A DNA stretch of 64,000 bases. Origin: Harriotta raleighana. Taxonomy: Eukaryota. The notes beneath the pieces are model-generated. The model had not been told where the DNA came from and searched no databases. It was given only the letters and a program-made list of their open reading frames with translations. The stretch spans positions 175,530 to 239,529 of the forward strand of contig JBNZDD010013638.1 of assembly GCA_050575255.1 (NCBI GenBank), given 5' to 3'. Below are positions 39,118-51,908 of the stretch, piece by piece. The position numbers were made by a program, and so were the translations under genes. Every line of letters begins with the position of its first letter. Positions within the stretch are counted from its first letter, which is position 1.

Positions 39118-39738
39118 GATGTCAAGGCTGGACTATGGGAATACTCTCCTCGTAGGTCTTCCCGGCTCCTCCATCCACAAGCTGCAGGTCATCCAGAACT
39201 CTGCAGCTCGTGTACTCTCCCACACCAGGCTTCGAGACCACATCACTCCCACCCTCGCCCGTCTCCACTGGCTCCCCATCCCCCAGAGGACCGAATTCAA
39301 GATCCTCATCCTTACCTACAAGGCCATTCATGGCCTTGCTCCCTCCTACCTCTCCGACCTACTATCCCCCTATCTACCTGCCCGTACCCTCCGTTCCTCT
39401 GGCTCTGGTCTGCTCCACATCCACTGCCCTAACCGTCCCACCATTGGCGGCCGGGCTTTTAGCCGCTCAGCCCCTAGGCTCTGGAACTCCATCCCCCAGT
39501 GCCTTTGCCTCGCTTCCTCCCTTTCCTCTTTCAAGGCCGGTCTCATGACCTTTCTCTTCGACCGTGCCTTCAGCTCCCCTCTTGAGTCTCTACCCCCTCC
39601 TCGCTCCCACCCTCCCCCCCCCCTCGCCCTGAACATTTCCCCCTGCTCAGGTCTTAAACCAACTGTCCAGCGCCTTGGGACGTCCTCCTGACGTGAAACG
39701 CGCTCTATAAATGCAATTTTGTTGTTGTTGTTGTTGTT
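39118..39738 (+). mobile_element. Young L2 LINE 3' fragment
   Basis: Open frame [14 protein letters not shown]...[10 protein letters not shown]...[15 protein letters not shown]...[17 protein letters not shown], then an intact tail and (gtt)n. Confidence 0.93.
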
Positions 39739-40329
39739 AAGACGTGCAGTCAAGTCCCCTATCCGATACACAAGAAAATAATTTGGAAAAGAGGTTGTGT
39801 GAGCGAACCCTTCTACAATGTTATTTAAAATTATTTTAAATTCAGAATTTTCTAATTATGCTTACTGACCTTCTTAAGCAGAGTTCAAAGCACAATCTAA
39901 CAGGCAAAATAAATAAGTTATACCATAATGTAGGATCACACAATAACATTGCAACTCTGAACAGATTGTTCAAAGCAATAAAATCATGATGGGATAATTC
40001 ATGCGCCTACATAAATACCTTACACTTTAAATAAAAAATAAGTTTGAGACTCAAAGTACTGTAGTTGAATCAATGACAACTCTTATTACATGCAATGTGA
40101 ATTTTAACTGAAGAATTAAAATTGCTCCTAATGTTTCTCAGGTTGCAGAAAGTAAAAAGAATTCTGGTTGTCAATTACAGGATATATGGAAAGGGCAGGT
40201 AAATGGGATTGAAGAGATTGCTCTTAAAAGAGGAGGCACAGACATGGTGGGCCGAATGGCATTCTTCTGTGCTGTGAGTTTGAATGGTTCTGAATCATTC
40301 TGCCGCAATCTGTTCATTCTTAGTCTAGG

Positions 40330-41440
40330 CGTACATATTTTGGCTGCCGTAAGCTACCCGACTTGCTTCCCCATAATGCTTCTACCCATCCTCTTACCAT
40401 TCACTACTCCCACTCGGACCTCTTTCCCCGCTGCCCTCCCTGACTCTTATCCCTCCTGCTCTACCTCTGCTGCATTCTCCTCCCTTATCTCCTCCCTCAC
40501 CCTCTCCCTCCACATCCAGTCTACCACCCACATCCGCTGTTCCCTCAATGACCTGGTGATCACCCAGGGCCTCACTATCTTGGACCTCACAATTAGCGAC
40601 AATCACTTCATCTCCTTTAACTCCTCAATCCCTTTCCGCACCGCCAACCACTTCACCTCCATCTCATACTGCCCCTGGAAAAAAATCTCACCCGCCTCTC
40701 TGCTACTTTACAGTCATTGGAAGTCCTTCCCTTCTGAGCTACCTCCCTCAATGACCTATTCGCCTCGATCACTGTCCTCCATAACTCCCTCTCCACCACT
40801 CGTTTTCCTTGCTCCCCAGACTTCCTGAACTGTCTCCTACTCATGAAAGACACAATGGTACACCAGCCATCTCCACTCTCTTAAACCACTCAGCACTCAG
40901 CTACCTTTGTCCTTCCGTCTTCTACCACTTTCCCATCTCACACTCACCCTGCCCCCCACAACCTGGCCCTCATCCACCTACCACTCACCCTTGAACCTAT
41001 CTCCCACTCCTCTCTCACCACCATAACCTGCACAAAACCGACCACCTACTCCCTTGACCCTTACCATCTCCTTATCTCCCAGCAGCACCTCCTTGCTCCT
41101 CTACTTATAGACATCATCAACCTGTCCACTGACACTGTTCCCACCCCTTTAAAAACACTCATCACTCCTATCCTTAAAAATCCCTTGCTGGACCCATTCC
41201 TACTCTCAAATTACCGCCCATTTCCAACCTCCCTTTCCTCTCCAAGGTCCTGTAAAAAGTTGTTGCTTCCCAGCTTAGCTTCTTCCTCTAGTGCCACTCC
41301 CTTCACGAACTCCTGCAATCAGGTTTCCCTTCTCCCTACAGCACTGAAGCTCTAGTCAAAATGACAAATAAGATTCTGTCCATCTGTGACTTGGGATCCC
41401 TCTTGCTTTCCCATCCTCCTTGACCTCTCAGGTGCCCTTT
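40330..41440 (+). mobile_element. Degraded L2 ORF2 (endonuclease and RT) fragments
   Basis: ISDNHFISF, NYRPISNLPFLSKVL, QSGF and LLDLS remnants. Confidence 0.75.
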
Positions 41441-42078
41441 GAATTTTCCTCATCCAGAGTGACCTTCAGCCACTCTATCTCCAATGTCTGTTGGAGACAG
41501 ACCAAAGGAGATTACCTTTCTGGGGAAGGAGGATAATCAAAAGCACGGTTGAAGAGGAGGGTCTTGAGATGAAGCTTGAAGGAGGAAAGGCAGAGGGTAT
41601 GCAGGATGGAGTTCCAGACGTTGGAGGCAGCCTCCACCCTCCACCTCCCTAATCCCAATCCCGGCTCAGTTCTGAAACACTGACTGTCCAGCACCTTGGA
41701 CATCCTCCCAACAAAGTAATTTTGTTGTTATTCTATGGTACCAGTTATCTCTTACCGTTATGACCAACAATTTCTTCTGAAGAATTTCATGTTTTACTTT
41801 AAACTGAAACAGACTAATTTTAAATTGATTTAAGCAGAAATGGTTTATTAGATAAGACTTGTCATTGTAGTCACATACCATGAATGGTACTTCTCAGATT
41901 TGCCAGAATGTTTGAAGTAGCTGATGTGGTAAAGATATCCAATTCTACTGTGCTGAAAGCAATCTGGCAGGCTAACTAACACATAGCTGCACTAAATACA
42001 TGTCACATGCATGACATCAAATACTTCTTGAAGCAAAAATGCAAAACAGCAACTTAATATGTCATGTGAAAAAAAAAG

Positions 42079-42084
42079 TTTATT
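42079..42084 (-). terminator. Probable IFT74 polyadenylation signal
   Basis: AATAAA on the minus strand about 130 nt after the stop codon. Confidence 0.6.
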
Positions 42085-42214
42085 CAACCGTGAAATAAGT
42101 GTAACAAGAACAATGTAGGTTTATACTGGAATGGAAATTTCTCATTGGTATTTTAAAAGGAATTGAAATGAGTCACTGCAATATCCTTCCAGATTAGTCA
42201 GGAAAGAGTCCATG

Positions 42215-42330
42215 TCAGTTCCTGGAGTTTTGAAGGGCTTCTTGAAGTACTTTGTTGTACTCAGCAAGTTGTTTTGTCACATTCTTCACAATTGGCCGGT
42301 AGTCACTCTCCATACCCTTTGTGGCTATGA
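42215..42330 (-). CDS. IFT74: IFT74 last coding exon ([38 protein letters not shown])
   Basis: catcAG acceptor, 116 bp ending in TGA. Human is [27 protein letters not shown]. Confidence 0.96.
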
Positions 42331-42844
42331 CTGATGACCAGAGTTAAGGAAATGAGAAAAAGAATCAATGTCTCCTGAGAACCAAACAAATTACATGTGA
42401 AAAAGAAAAAGAATTGCACTATGTACTACATACTGGATCACAAACACGTTATTGATGAAACACCAATTATTTTCACAATTTAACTGCAGATCAGGTTGAT
42501 ATCAAAACCCTTTCTGAAATCTGCTTGTCAAATATTTGGATTGATTAGTCATAATTCAGGAACATAATTCAGTCTCCAATAAGCATAAAAAAACTCCCAG
42601 AAATGTGCTCAATGGACAAATTTTATTTATTTATTTATATATTTTATTTATCATCAATCAAAATCAAAATTTTATTTATATATTTGATTTTAGTGTTTAA
42701 GACACATATTCTTTGATGGTGTTAGTGGAGATTTATTAACTTACAAGATGTCCATTTGGATTAAAGTTAAATATTTCACCTTCGAAAATCATACAAGATT
42801 ATTGTACCTCTGTAAATTTGTTTACTGATACAGGAGCTTAATTT

Positions 42845-43750
42845 AGGAACATATGCAGGAGCAGGCCATTCGGCCCCTCAAGCCTGCCTCACAATTCAAT
42901 AAATTCATGGCTGATCTTCTAATGCAGAGGGAGATAGCTTTTTACCAATGTGGGCCAGACCATTATAGGCCTGTCCAGGTGTGGGCAGGAACAATAACCG
43001 ATTATTTTAAGCCGCCACCTCAGCAGTCACTCCAGGGCTGGGAAATTCAAAAGAAGTGGGTGGGATGACGTCATGCGGCTGCCGGTTGCCAATTGGCTGA
43101 GGCCTCGGGGAATCGAGAATGATGGCGAAGGTGCGTCTCGTCGGCCGAGGATGAGGCCCAGGTGGTCCCCAGGGCCTCGAGGCTCGTGGCGGGCCGGATG
43201 GGTTGTAGGTTGCCAACCCCTGTTCTAGTGTAACTCCACCTTCCCGCCTTATCCTCATATCCCTTATTCCCTCTATCCATTAGAAATCTATCAATCTAAG
43301 TCTTGAATATATTCGAGGACTGAACATCTGCAGCCTTTTGGGGTAGAGAATTCCATAAATTCACTACCCTCTGAGTGAAGAAGTGCTTCCCCAATTCTGT
43401 TCAAAAAGGCTGACTGTTAATCTTAAAACTGTGACCCCCTAGTTATAGATTCTACTACCCAGGGGAACAATCTCATAGTGTCATTCCCCTTAATAATCTT
43501 ATAGGTTTCTATAAGATCACCTCTAATTCTTTTATAGAATATAGACCTAGTTCACTCAACATATCCTCATAGGTCAACCGCCTCATTCCTGGAACTCATC
43601 TTGTGAATCTATGCTGCAACCCCTCTAAGGCAAGTATGTCCATTCTTAAACAAGGAGCTCAAAACTGCACACTAGCCGTGGTCTCACCAAACCCTACACA
43701 GTTTCAGCGAGATTTCCCTACTCTTGTATTCTAACCACTTTGCAATGAAA
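42845..43750 (-). mobile_element. CR1 3' fragment interrupted by a hAT MITE
   Basis: Reverse 3' end aggccattcggcccctcaagcctg, plus CR1 ORF2 C-terminal remnants. Confidence 0.75.
42925..43222. mobile_element. hAT (Charlie-like) non-autonomous element
   Basis: 8-bp TSD ttctaatg/ttctagtg. Right TIR gttgccaacccctg; left TIR is degenerate (cagagggagatagc). Confidence 0.7.
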
Positions 43751-45440
43751 AGCTGCCTGCAAGTTTACAAATGGCATGAAATTGATGATTTCAGATCCTT
43801 TGGTATAAAAACTTAAATCTTCTTGTTGTCATTGAAGGGGTTAAATCATGAGTGGAGAGAATTTAGAAACTATAAAATAATCCTAAAATAATACCGGTAT
43901 CAAATTTTTAAACTATCTGGCTTGTGTATGAATAACCATTCCAATTTTCAAAAACCATAAGGTGGCAATTTGTTTAAAAACTAGTTAAACATCAATTGAT
44001 ATGTTCTTCTAACTAGTATCCTCACTATTTGATGTATGGCAGTGCAAACAGAAAGGATTATACAAGTATAAAGAATTTGGATCTGCCAACAAATTGACAC
44101 ACATTTCTGAGTAACTGAGAGGGAAAAACATCACAAGGTTAGAAAAATAAAAATAGATGCATCACTTCAAACAAATAATTTAGAACATACAAAATCAATT
44201 AGACAATGGTAGTACAAAATAAACCATAAGAAAGTTGGTGAAGATAATTAATGTAGAAGTATAAGTAAAGCTGCCTGGAATTTTACTAATGGAAGAAAGT
44301 GATGATTTCAGATCCTTTGGTTTAAAGACATAGAAGTCATCTTGTTGTCATTGAAGGAGCTAAATCGTGTGTGGAGAAAATATTAACAAAACATACAAGG
44401 AATGTCTGGCTCTTGCTGGGAAGGAAATGACAGGATCATGTTTGGGTACTAAAAAGTTTCAGGAGCTGTAAATCTTATTGAAATGAAAATCAAATGGACA
44501 ATGGATAAGTATGCAACCTTCATGATTATGCATCTGTCCTGTACCTTCCAACTCAACTCCCAAATCTGTACAGTATATTAAATTATCTTAAAGCATAGTG
44601 TGGCATTTTTTTGTGTGTGTGCAATTCTAAATCTCCATTAACAGTAGCATTTGTGAATGCTTTCAGTGTATGATTCCAAGTCCCAATGAGAGGCTTGAAC
44701 CTACAACTTTCTGATTCAGAAGCAAAAGTGCTACCACTGAACCAGGCTGACACATGGTGGGGGAAGAGGGTGGGAGTGCGCCTTAAGGATAAATCTTTTG
44801 AGAATAAATAATCTTCAGAAAGGGTAAATCAGTACTCTCTTGGCTCTTCTAATCTATTACAAAGCTGCTTCTGTGTAAATTTGTACTTGACTGAATGGTT
44901 GCTTTTTTCTTTCATAGAACTCCAGAAGCTCTTAAGAAGTCTTCTAATAATATTATACAAGTTACATAACAACTCACATTTACACAGTGCCCCTCACACA
45001 GGGTAGTATCTCAGATTGCTTAATGAAAGATACAAATGTAAATCTTTGGTTTTATTTTCCACTGCAGTGAAATCTCAAATAATCTACCACAATATTTATG
45101 GGAATTTAAAGAGATTTTTTCACAGCTATCCTTAATTGATTCCAAAAGTATCAATTTCTGTGACTGAGGAGTGATTTATGCAACAACAACAACTTCGATT
45201 TATGTAGTGCCCTCCACGCCGGACAGCGTCTCAGAGTGCTTCACAATAACGGATCCTGGGCCTGAGCCAGGGAGAGGGGGAAAAAGATGACCAAAGGTGT
45301 GGTCGAAAATAAAGGTCTTCGGCTGAGACCTGAAACTAGGAAGAGAGGGGGTGAGGCGAAGCGAGTGAATGTGCAGACTTTCATAAACACATCAAACATT
45401 CAATAATGGGTTTCAATAAACAGAACTTCATAAAACACTA

Positions 45441-45847
45441 CAGTAAAATTCCTTTAATACGGCACCTGTTAATCTGGAATGCCTTACAGTCCGGCATCTG
45501 CGACGGTCTGTTTTTTTCCAATATACGCATCTCTTCTCAGAGACCATTCACACTACTCGGTGCATTTTCCTCGGGTGCCTGTGACTGATGTCACGTTGAA
45601 TAAGTGCGCGCGTATGCGCAATTTTTAAAAAAAAATCACTTTTGGCGGGTGCGATGCCTCTTTAGGCGCAGACTGCTCCGCCAGGCTAGGGAGAGCTCTG
45701 GTTTTCGCTATATGTGTATGTAACATAGATAAGAGCACAGCACACTCAAATCCTCCCATCCGTAAAAGTAACGTCCAATAATCCGTCATATTTGCTAATC
45801 CGGCACCGCTTAGGTCCCAAACGGGCCGTATTATTGGAATTTTACTG
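45441..45847. mobile_element. Tc1/mariner MITE
   Basis: TA-cagtaaaattcctttaatacgg ... ccgtattattggaattttactg-TA. Confidence 0.85.
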
Positions 45848-46494
45848 TATCAGGTAACAAATTATTTAAAAACGAGTGCATTATTATATCTAAGGGAAGC
45901 AGTAAAATAAAACAACAGATAATTACTAGTGAAATATTTCAGACAATTATTTTAAAATACAAAATCCCCGAAAGTCATATAAAATAATACGCCACCTGGC
46001 CTTAACCCATCGACTCATGACAAGGACAACAACAACAACAGCAACAAAATTGTGGCAACAAAATTGAATGGCTTCCATGGAGTTGGACTCTATACTCCTG
46101 TGCAGTCTTGGTCCCTTACAACTCCGCACGACCATGTCCCTCTGAATGTGACCTTCACCTCCCCTGCATGCATTAACTGTTTATTTCGACAGTGGCATTG
46201 GTTGGTTGTAGCAGTTGTGGATTTTGCAAGGGGGAAAGGGGAATTCTGGCAACGGTTGCAGTGGAATTCAATGGCTGGCAGTCGAGGATAGAATACATAT
46301 CTTCCACGTGGTGATCCTTGTTGTGCATGTGTCTGTGCATAGTTTGCAGTTAGACAACAGATATGGGGGTGGGGCAGTTTAAATTGTGGTGGGATTTTTT
46401 CAGACGCTCCCTTAACTCGGGTTCTCGTCCGCACAGAGTGAATTGTTTCCACTAGCATCGCACCTCACCTGGGGAAACACCACTCGAAAAGGTG

Positions 46495-46790
46495 GAGTTC
46501 TGTAGCTCAGCGGTTAGAGCACGTGACTTGCAAGCAAGACCTGGGTTCAATTCCAGGCAGGGTGAAGCCTTGGGCAACTTTCTTTACTCCACCACACCTG
46601 ATAATAATCCTTCCAAAAAAAAAAGAATAATAAATTGGTCATTTCAATCGTGTTTGTGGGACACTGCTGTACGCAATTGGCTGCATGTTTTACCCACAAA
46701 TATTCACTTTACAGTACATTCTGTGAAGTGCTTTTAGATATCTAGAAGACGTGATAAAGTGCTACATCAAATGCAAGGATTATTTTATTA
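46495..46790 (+). mobile_element. tRNA-derived Deu-type SINE
   Basis: gtagctcagcggttagagcac...cttgcaagc...gggttcaattcc head, with core and tail. Confidence 0.85.
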
Positions 46791-48040
46791 ATTATGCAGA
46801 AAGTCCAGTGAAATGATTGTATCCTGCGGATTAAATAAATTATCAAGCAAAATAAATATTTATTAAAGTAGTGCAAACATTCACAATCTGTACTTTGTAT
46901 TCTATAATATTCTATTTTGTTATTTTACTTGGAGTTAAGGACCAGTTTTGTGGCCAAATTGGTAGTTTTAGTTATTAGGATCCTAATTGTATTATAAAAT
47001 GTAGCAGAAATCCCATGATTATAGTTAAACGTTTCTATTTTTAAATGTAAGAATTAATGAATTTTGGCCATGTTCCAGGAAGCAGTCAGCTTGCTCCCCA
47101 ATCTCAGTGAATTATATCACTTTGATACACTTAGCAAGTCTTGTAAATGGATGACATGCTCAGTTAGAACCCATAGAAAGGCAGACTGCTCCATGAATGC
47201 AACTGGGGAAACATTTTTTATTCTGAGCAGAGATTAAAGGTTGTTCCACTGGGATGTCACTTAGATTTAGCAGACAACCACAGCAACTTGTAGCTTTCAT
47301 GTAAAAGAAACATCTTGAACTGCTTTACTCTGTAATAAAAAATGAAGTGAATGCATGGGGCCTTTGCACCGGCATCATTCTATGAACGATGAGACTAAAA
47401 GCTAATACATCTGAATAAAGGGTGAATGTAGAAGAGGACAAAATATAAGATAGAAGAACTGTGCTAAAACGCTATTCTTTGAAATAGCAACAGAATCATT
47501 AGAATTCAAATTAATCTCTTGTAATCCAAATAATCATAAGTGATGATGATCAGAAAATAAAATTGTATTAATGTATAATGTTAAGACAGGAAATGTGGCA
47601 GCAATTGCTGAAAAACAACAGTGACATGAGTCAAATTAATTCAAAATTTGATTGAGAGAATTTGGATTGAGGAGTTCTATATTTATTAAAGCTTTTATAA
47701 ATTTTACAGTTGTAAAGCATGCACTATTTTCTTTGCCATGAATTCCTGAGACCTACAGATCTCAAGTAATCTGATAGCAAATGTCATGGTACCTCTTCCA
47801 TCTACTTCTCCAAATTGCCACTGCCAGTGCTGGTGAATATTCAGTAGAAACTGTTTTAACTCGGACATATTGGGGCCAGCAGTTTTGTCTGATTTACCCA
47901 GCATCTGGGATTAACCATGGTCCCAGCTAAAGGGACGCCCAATGTGTACAGTATTCTTACCTGTAGACATTAAGTCTTCCAATCAATAATTTGTTACAAC
48001 AGTAAAAATCTAATTCATGTAATTGTGTAAAGAAGGATAC

Positions 48041-48101
48041 ATTCTTTCATTACAAAGTTGTTCTGTTCGTGGTGCTGCCACTTCCGCTCCAAGTTTGTCA
48101 G
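48041..48101 (-). CDS. IFT74: IFT74 penultimate exon ([20 protein letters not shown])
   Basis: tttcAG, 61 bp, followed by the U12-type donor GTATCCTTCT. Highly conserved IFT74 motif. Confidence 0.96.
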
Positions 48102-49189
48102 CTGAAACAGATATAAGTACAACATTGAGAGCTATCATACTATGTATTGTACCAAGATTCACAAACAATTTCTAGTTTCCACCCTTTGTGATGCATCAGC
48201 ATACAAAACAAATTTCAGCATAGTACTGTAATATTATGTGCAAGGGAACAAGGCACAAAATGTGAACCACCTCTTGGTCAGCTTCAATTATTTCACTTAT
48301 ATGCAGTTTAGCATAAGGTTTAGTGAGGATGTTAGAATTGCTAATGCTGCAAAGGAACTCTACTGCAAGAGTACATTACAACAAAGCAAAATTTCCTCGG
48401 GTTAGTAATGCGGTTAGTGATTTTGAATCCTTTTGAAAGAAATCACATTAAGAAATATTGCAAATGAAACCTTAGTCCTACAAGCTAATCAATAATCTCT
48501 GAAGTAATTTAATAAGAGAGAAAACATTCTAATGTTCAAGTTCACTCAGTTCATTCAGCTAAATGAGATCCACATTGTATATAGTGGCCAGTCCTGGCAT
48601 CATTGTGAAAGTAATAATAATCCTTGCATTGTTTATAGATCAGATTTAATTGTTTTGTAACTGTATAGAAATCAGACTGTGAACAAACATCATAAGAACA
48701 TATCTTTACAAGCGATAACAAGTGATTTTATTAATGTACTGTTCAAGTGAACATGTTTGACATCTTAGGTTACATGAATAATCTGAGATGGGAGTTGTTT
48801 TTTTCCTCTTCAAATGGCTAACTTATTGTCAATGACACACATGTGCGCAAACACATGCACACAAAATTTCCTCACTTCAACAGCCTAGCTTCCTGTTAGT
48901 TCCAATTATCTGCTATAACTATGAACTGCAGTGTGAAGATTATGAAACAATTGAACTAACAATGCCTATGACTACATAATTCAGGACACTAGCAGGAAAC
49001 TCAAGTGTTTATCATGTTGATGTTTATTTCCTGGACGATAATGACACCATTTTATAAACGTGGGGGAATTTTGTAAGAAATGATTTAGTGCATTCCTTCT
49101 AAATGGAGAAAGTTAAATCTGTCAACAGTGGCTAACAACACTGAACAGCTTACATAAAAGGCAGAATTATTTTCAACTGAATTGTTTAG

Positions 49190-49650
49190 AACACCACGAG
49201 ACAAGTTTACCCACACCAAAGTTCGTGCCCCGATTACCCCAGATGCCAAACTCTTCTGGCTCCTTGTCATAGAGCGGATTAACTTCAAGATCCTCACACT
49301 AGAGTTTAAATCCCTCCATTTCTTGGCACCCCCTATCTCTCCAACCTCCTCTCTCCTCACAGCAGTATCCGCTGCTTTTGCTTTATTGGATCTGGCCTCC
49401 TCCCTGTCCCCCAAATCCTCCGCTCTACCATTGGCAGCCGTGCTTTCTACACCACTACACCCCAAAACTTTGGAACTCCCTCCCTCAATCCCTTCACCTC
49501 ACCCTCTTCTTCCCCATCTTCAGGTCGCACCTGAAGACCTCCCTCTTCAACCGCATTTAGGGGCACAATCATCCTCATCCTGGCTCCATTGTCAAGGGCT
49601 CTGAGACGTCGCCTGGCATGGAGGTTGCTATTTAAATGCAAGTTTTGTTA
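49190..49650 (+). mobile_element. L2 3' fragment
   Basis: WLLVIERINFKILTLEFKSLH and PKLWNSLP, followed by a tail. Confidence 0.75.
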
Positions 49651-49659
49651 AACCAATTT

Positions 49660-50500
49660 CTAAAACAAAAGCAGAAGTTGCTGGGAACACTCCGAAGGTC
49701 AATAAGCATATTGGAGAAAGGAAGACAGTGTTTTGGGTCCACGACCCTTCATCGGAACTGGGGCATATTGGGAGGGAGAGGTTTTCAATGACTAACAGAG
49801 GGGTGGGAGTCAGGGAAAGGAAGACAAAGGAGAAAATGGAAAAGAGAACAGGGGATGACGGGTTAAAGAGGTATTAATGATGCAAAACAAAGGGTTTACA
49901 GCTCTTTGGCCTTAATATTGATTTCAATAATTTTAGACAATAACATCTGTCCCCACCTTTCTTCTATGATCATTACCACATAATTTGAGTCCCAGATACT
50001 GTACACCTTTTCTCTCTCTGGTCTGCCTGTTTTGTTGCATTCCACTAACCCCACCCGCCCCATCCTTTGTTTTGCAATATTAACACCTCTTTTCCCCTGT
50101 TTTTGTATACTTTATTAATTTAAATGACAGAATTTAATAACATAACTTTTTTTAAGTTACCACAAATGCAAGTTCACTGACAAACATTTGGAAATAAAAA
50201 CAATTAAAAAAGGAACTAGACAAGCTCCCAGCAATTAAAAGGAATCAAGGTTATTCAATATTGTGGAAATCGTTAAGAGAAGTTGAATGTGAAAGCTAGA
50301 TGGATTAAAATGTTTACTCCTGTCCGAAACTCTATGTTGTTAAAATAGAACCCCATTATAATGCTCCAGTTCTGATAAAGGGTCGTGGACCCAAAACATT
50401 GACTCACTTTTCCTTTCTCCACAGATGCTCCCTGACTTGCTATGTGTTCCCAGCGACTTCTGTTTTTGTTTCAGATTTCCAGCATCTGCAGTATTTTTTA
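49660..50500. mobile_element. Penelope-like non-autonomous remnant with inverted ends
   Basis: Inverted pLTR-like ends at 49660-49771 and 50366-50500. Internal GLNIDFNNFR remnant typical of a GIY-YIG ORF end. Confidence 0.6.
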
Positions 50501-50778
50501 TTTTTTCCCCCCACATTATAATGCTGATTTGCTTGTGTGAACATTGACATTTATCTAACCGCAAAATTCCCCAAACAAAAAACACCCAGGTCCAGACTCG
50601 ATGGGCCGAATAGACTCCTTATGTGCCATAAGATTCTATGATTGGATTATACAGTAACATGGTTCCTACATGTATTTCTTTGTGGATAGGTGGATTGTAA
50701 GCACCTTCTCTAACTGAGATCCTGCCCTGCAAACCAAGGTGTGTACAATACTGACATAGTTAAGAGTGCTCTTCTTAC

Positions 50779-50904
50779 CTGTGCATGAGTCTCATTTTCT
50801 TGCAGTTGTACCTTCAAGGCCTCATACTGTTTTGATAGCTGCTGCATAACTTTCCTGAAGGTGTCTCTACGTTTTGTCAGGGTCACCCTCTCTTCCTGCA
50901 GTTT
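50779..50904 (-). CDS. IFT74: IFT74 exon (KLQEERVTLTKRRDTFRKVMQQLSKQYEALKVQLQENETHAQ)
   Basis: ctttAG...GTaaga, 126 bp, phase 0-0. Confidence 0.95.
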
Positions 50905-51744
50905 CTAAAGAACAAATTGAATGAGAAGAAGGAAGTTTATGCATTTGGCATTACTGGCACATCAAGGCATGGACACTAATACATTTTTAAAAAATGCCTT
51001 TCTCACCAAAGGGTATATGAGCTATGCTATTTATATACTTCCAGTTATCTTATTTTTATAAAAGGAGGATTGAGAGAAAACAAAATTACATTTGTATAGT
51101 GTCTTTCACATCAGGAGGATATCCCAAGGCGCTGGACAGACAGTATTTCAGACCCGAGCTGGGAGTACGGATTGGGGTGGGTGGAGGGCGGGGCCGGGAA
51201 AAAAGGAGATGGTCAAAAGCATGGTCAAGAAGACCACTAATGTGTTGTTGGACCAAAATGGCATAACGCAGAATAATCATACATATTTTATAGTTTCTTT
51301 CACATTGGGAGGTGAAAGTGCTTCACACGGGTGACCAGGAGTCTGAGCTGGGGAAAGAAAAGAACGTTGAAAAGGGAGATGAAAGTGACTGAAAGTGTGG
51401 TCGAAAAGATAAATTTTAGGACAGACTGTGAAGTCAAAGAGCAAACAAAAGGACTCCAAGATGGAGTTCCAGGTAGATTTGACAGCTTGATTGAATGTAT
51501 GTGAGACCTTCCATGTTGAATACGCTTGCGGGAAATTTACTCCTCTTGTTCACTCACCCACCCACCCTTTCCCATTCTGGAGTGTGGGGTATGGTGGCAA
51601 GCCACAACACCACGTGTAGCTTAGAGGTCCATTTCAGATTTCTGATCTTTTCAAATTGCACAGTGGCTGCTCCTATGTACCCTCTTATGGTGAAAATAAA
51701 GATTTATTTTCTTGGATTTTGCCAATTAATTCAACCACTTTTAC

Positions 51745-51908
51745 CTTCTTTTTCTCTTCCCCGGTTGCCTTCAGTCCATCCAAGTTGCTATAAGTTTCTA
51801 GTGCCTCAGCCATTTGGTCGATCTTTTCCTTTAAGGAATTCAGTTCAGTATTGATTTTGCTTTCCAGTTGTTCTACTTTCTGAAGGTCCTGCTGGAGCCG
51901 ATGGCTTT
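51745..51908 (-). CDS. IFT74: IFT74 exon (ESHRLQQDLQKVEQLESKINTELNSLKEKIDQMAEALETYSNLDGLKATGEEKKK)
   Basis: cacAG...GTaaaa, 164 bp, phase 1-0. Confidence 0.95.

Larger units (their letters stand above)
42331..48040 (-). other. IFT74: U12-type (minor spliceosome) GT-AG intron, last intron of IFT74
   Basis: 5' splice site GTATCCTTCT. Branch site TTTCCTTAAC (42352-42343) lies about 12 nt before the AG, with no polypyrimidine tract. Confidence 0.92.

Noticed and set aside
39113-39691. 192-aa ORF, and other long ORFs at 3854, 14201, 40244, 49182 and 59146
   Set aside because: L2 retrotransposon remnants or their alternative frames, not host genes.
43783-44380. TGATGA read as a C box of C/D snoRNAs, or as a SECIS
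   Set aside because: TGATGA is antisense to the host gene and has no matching downstream CTGA. The ATGA is base-paired and intronic, so it does not fit SECIS geometry.
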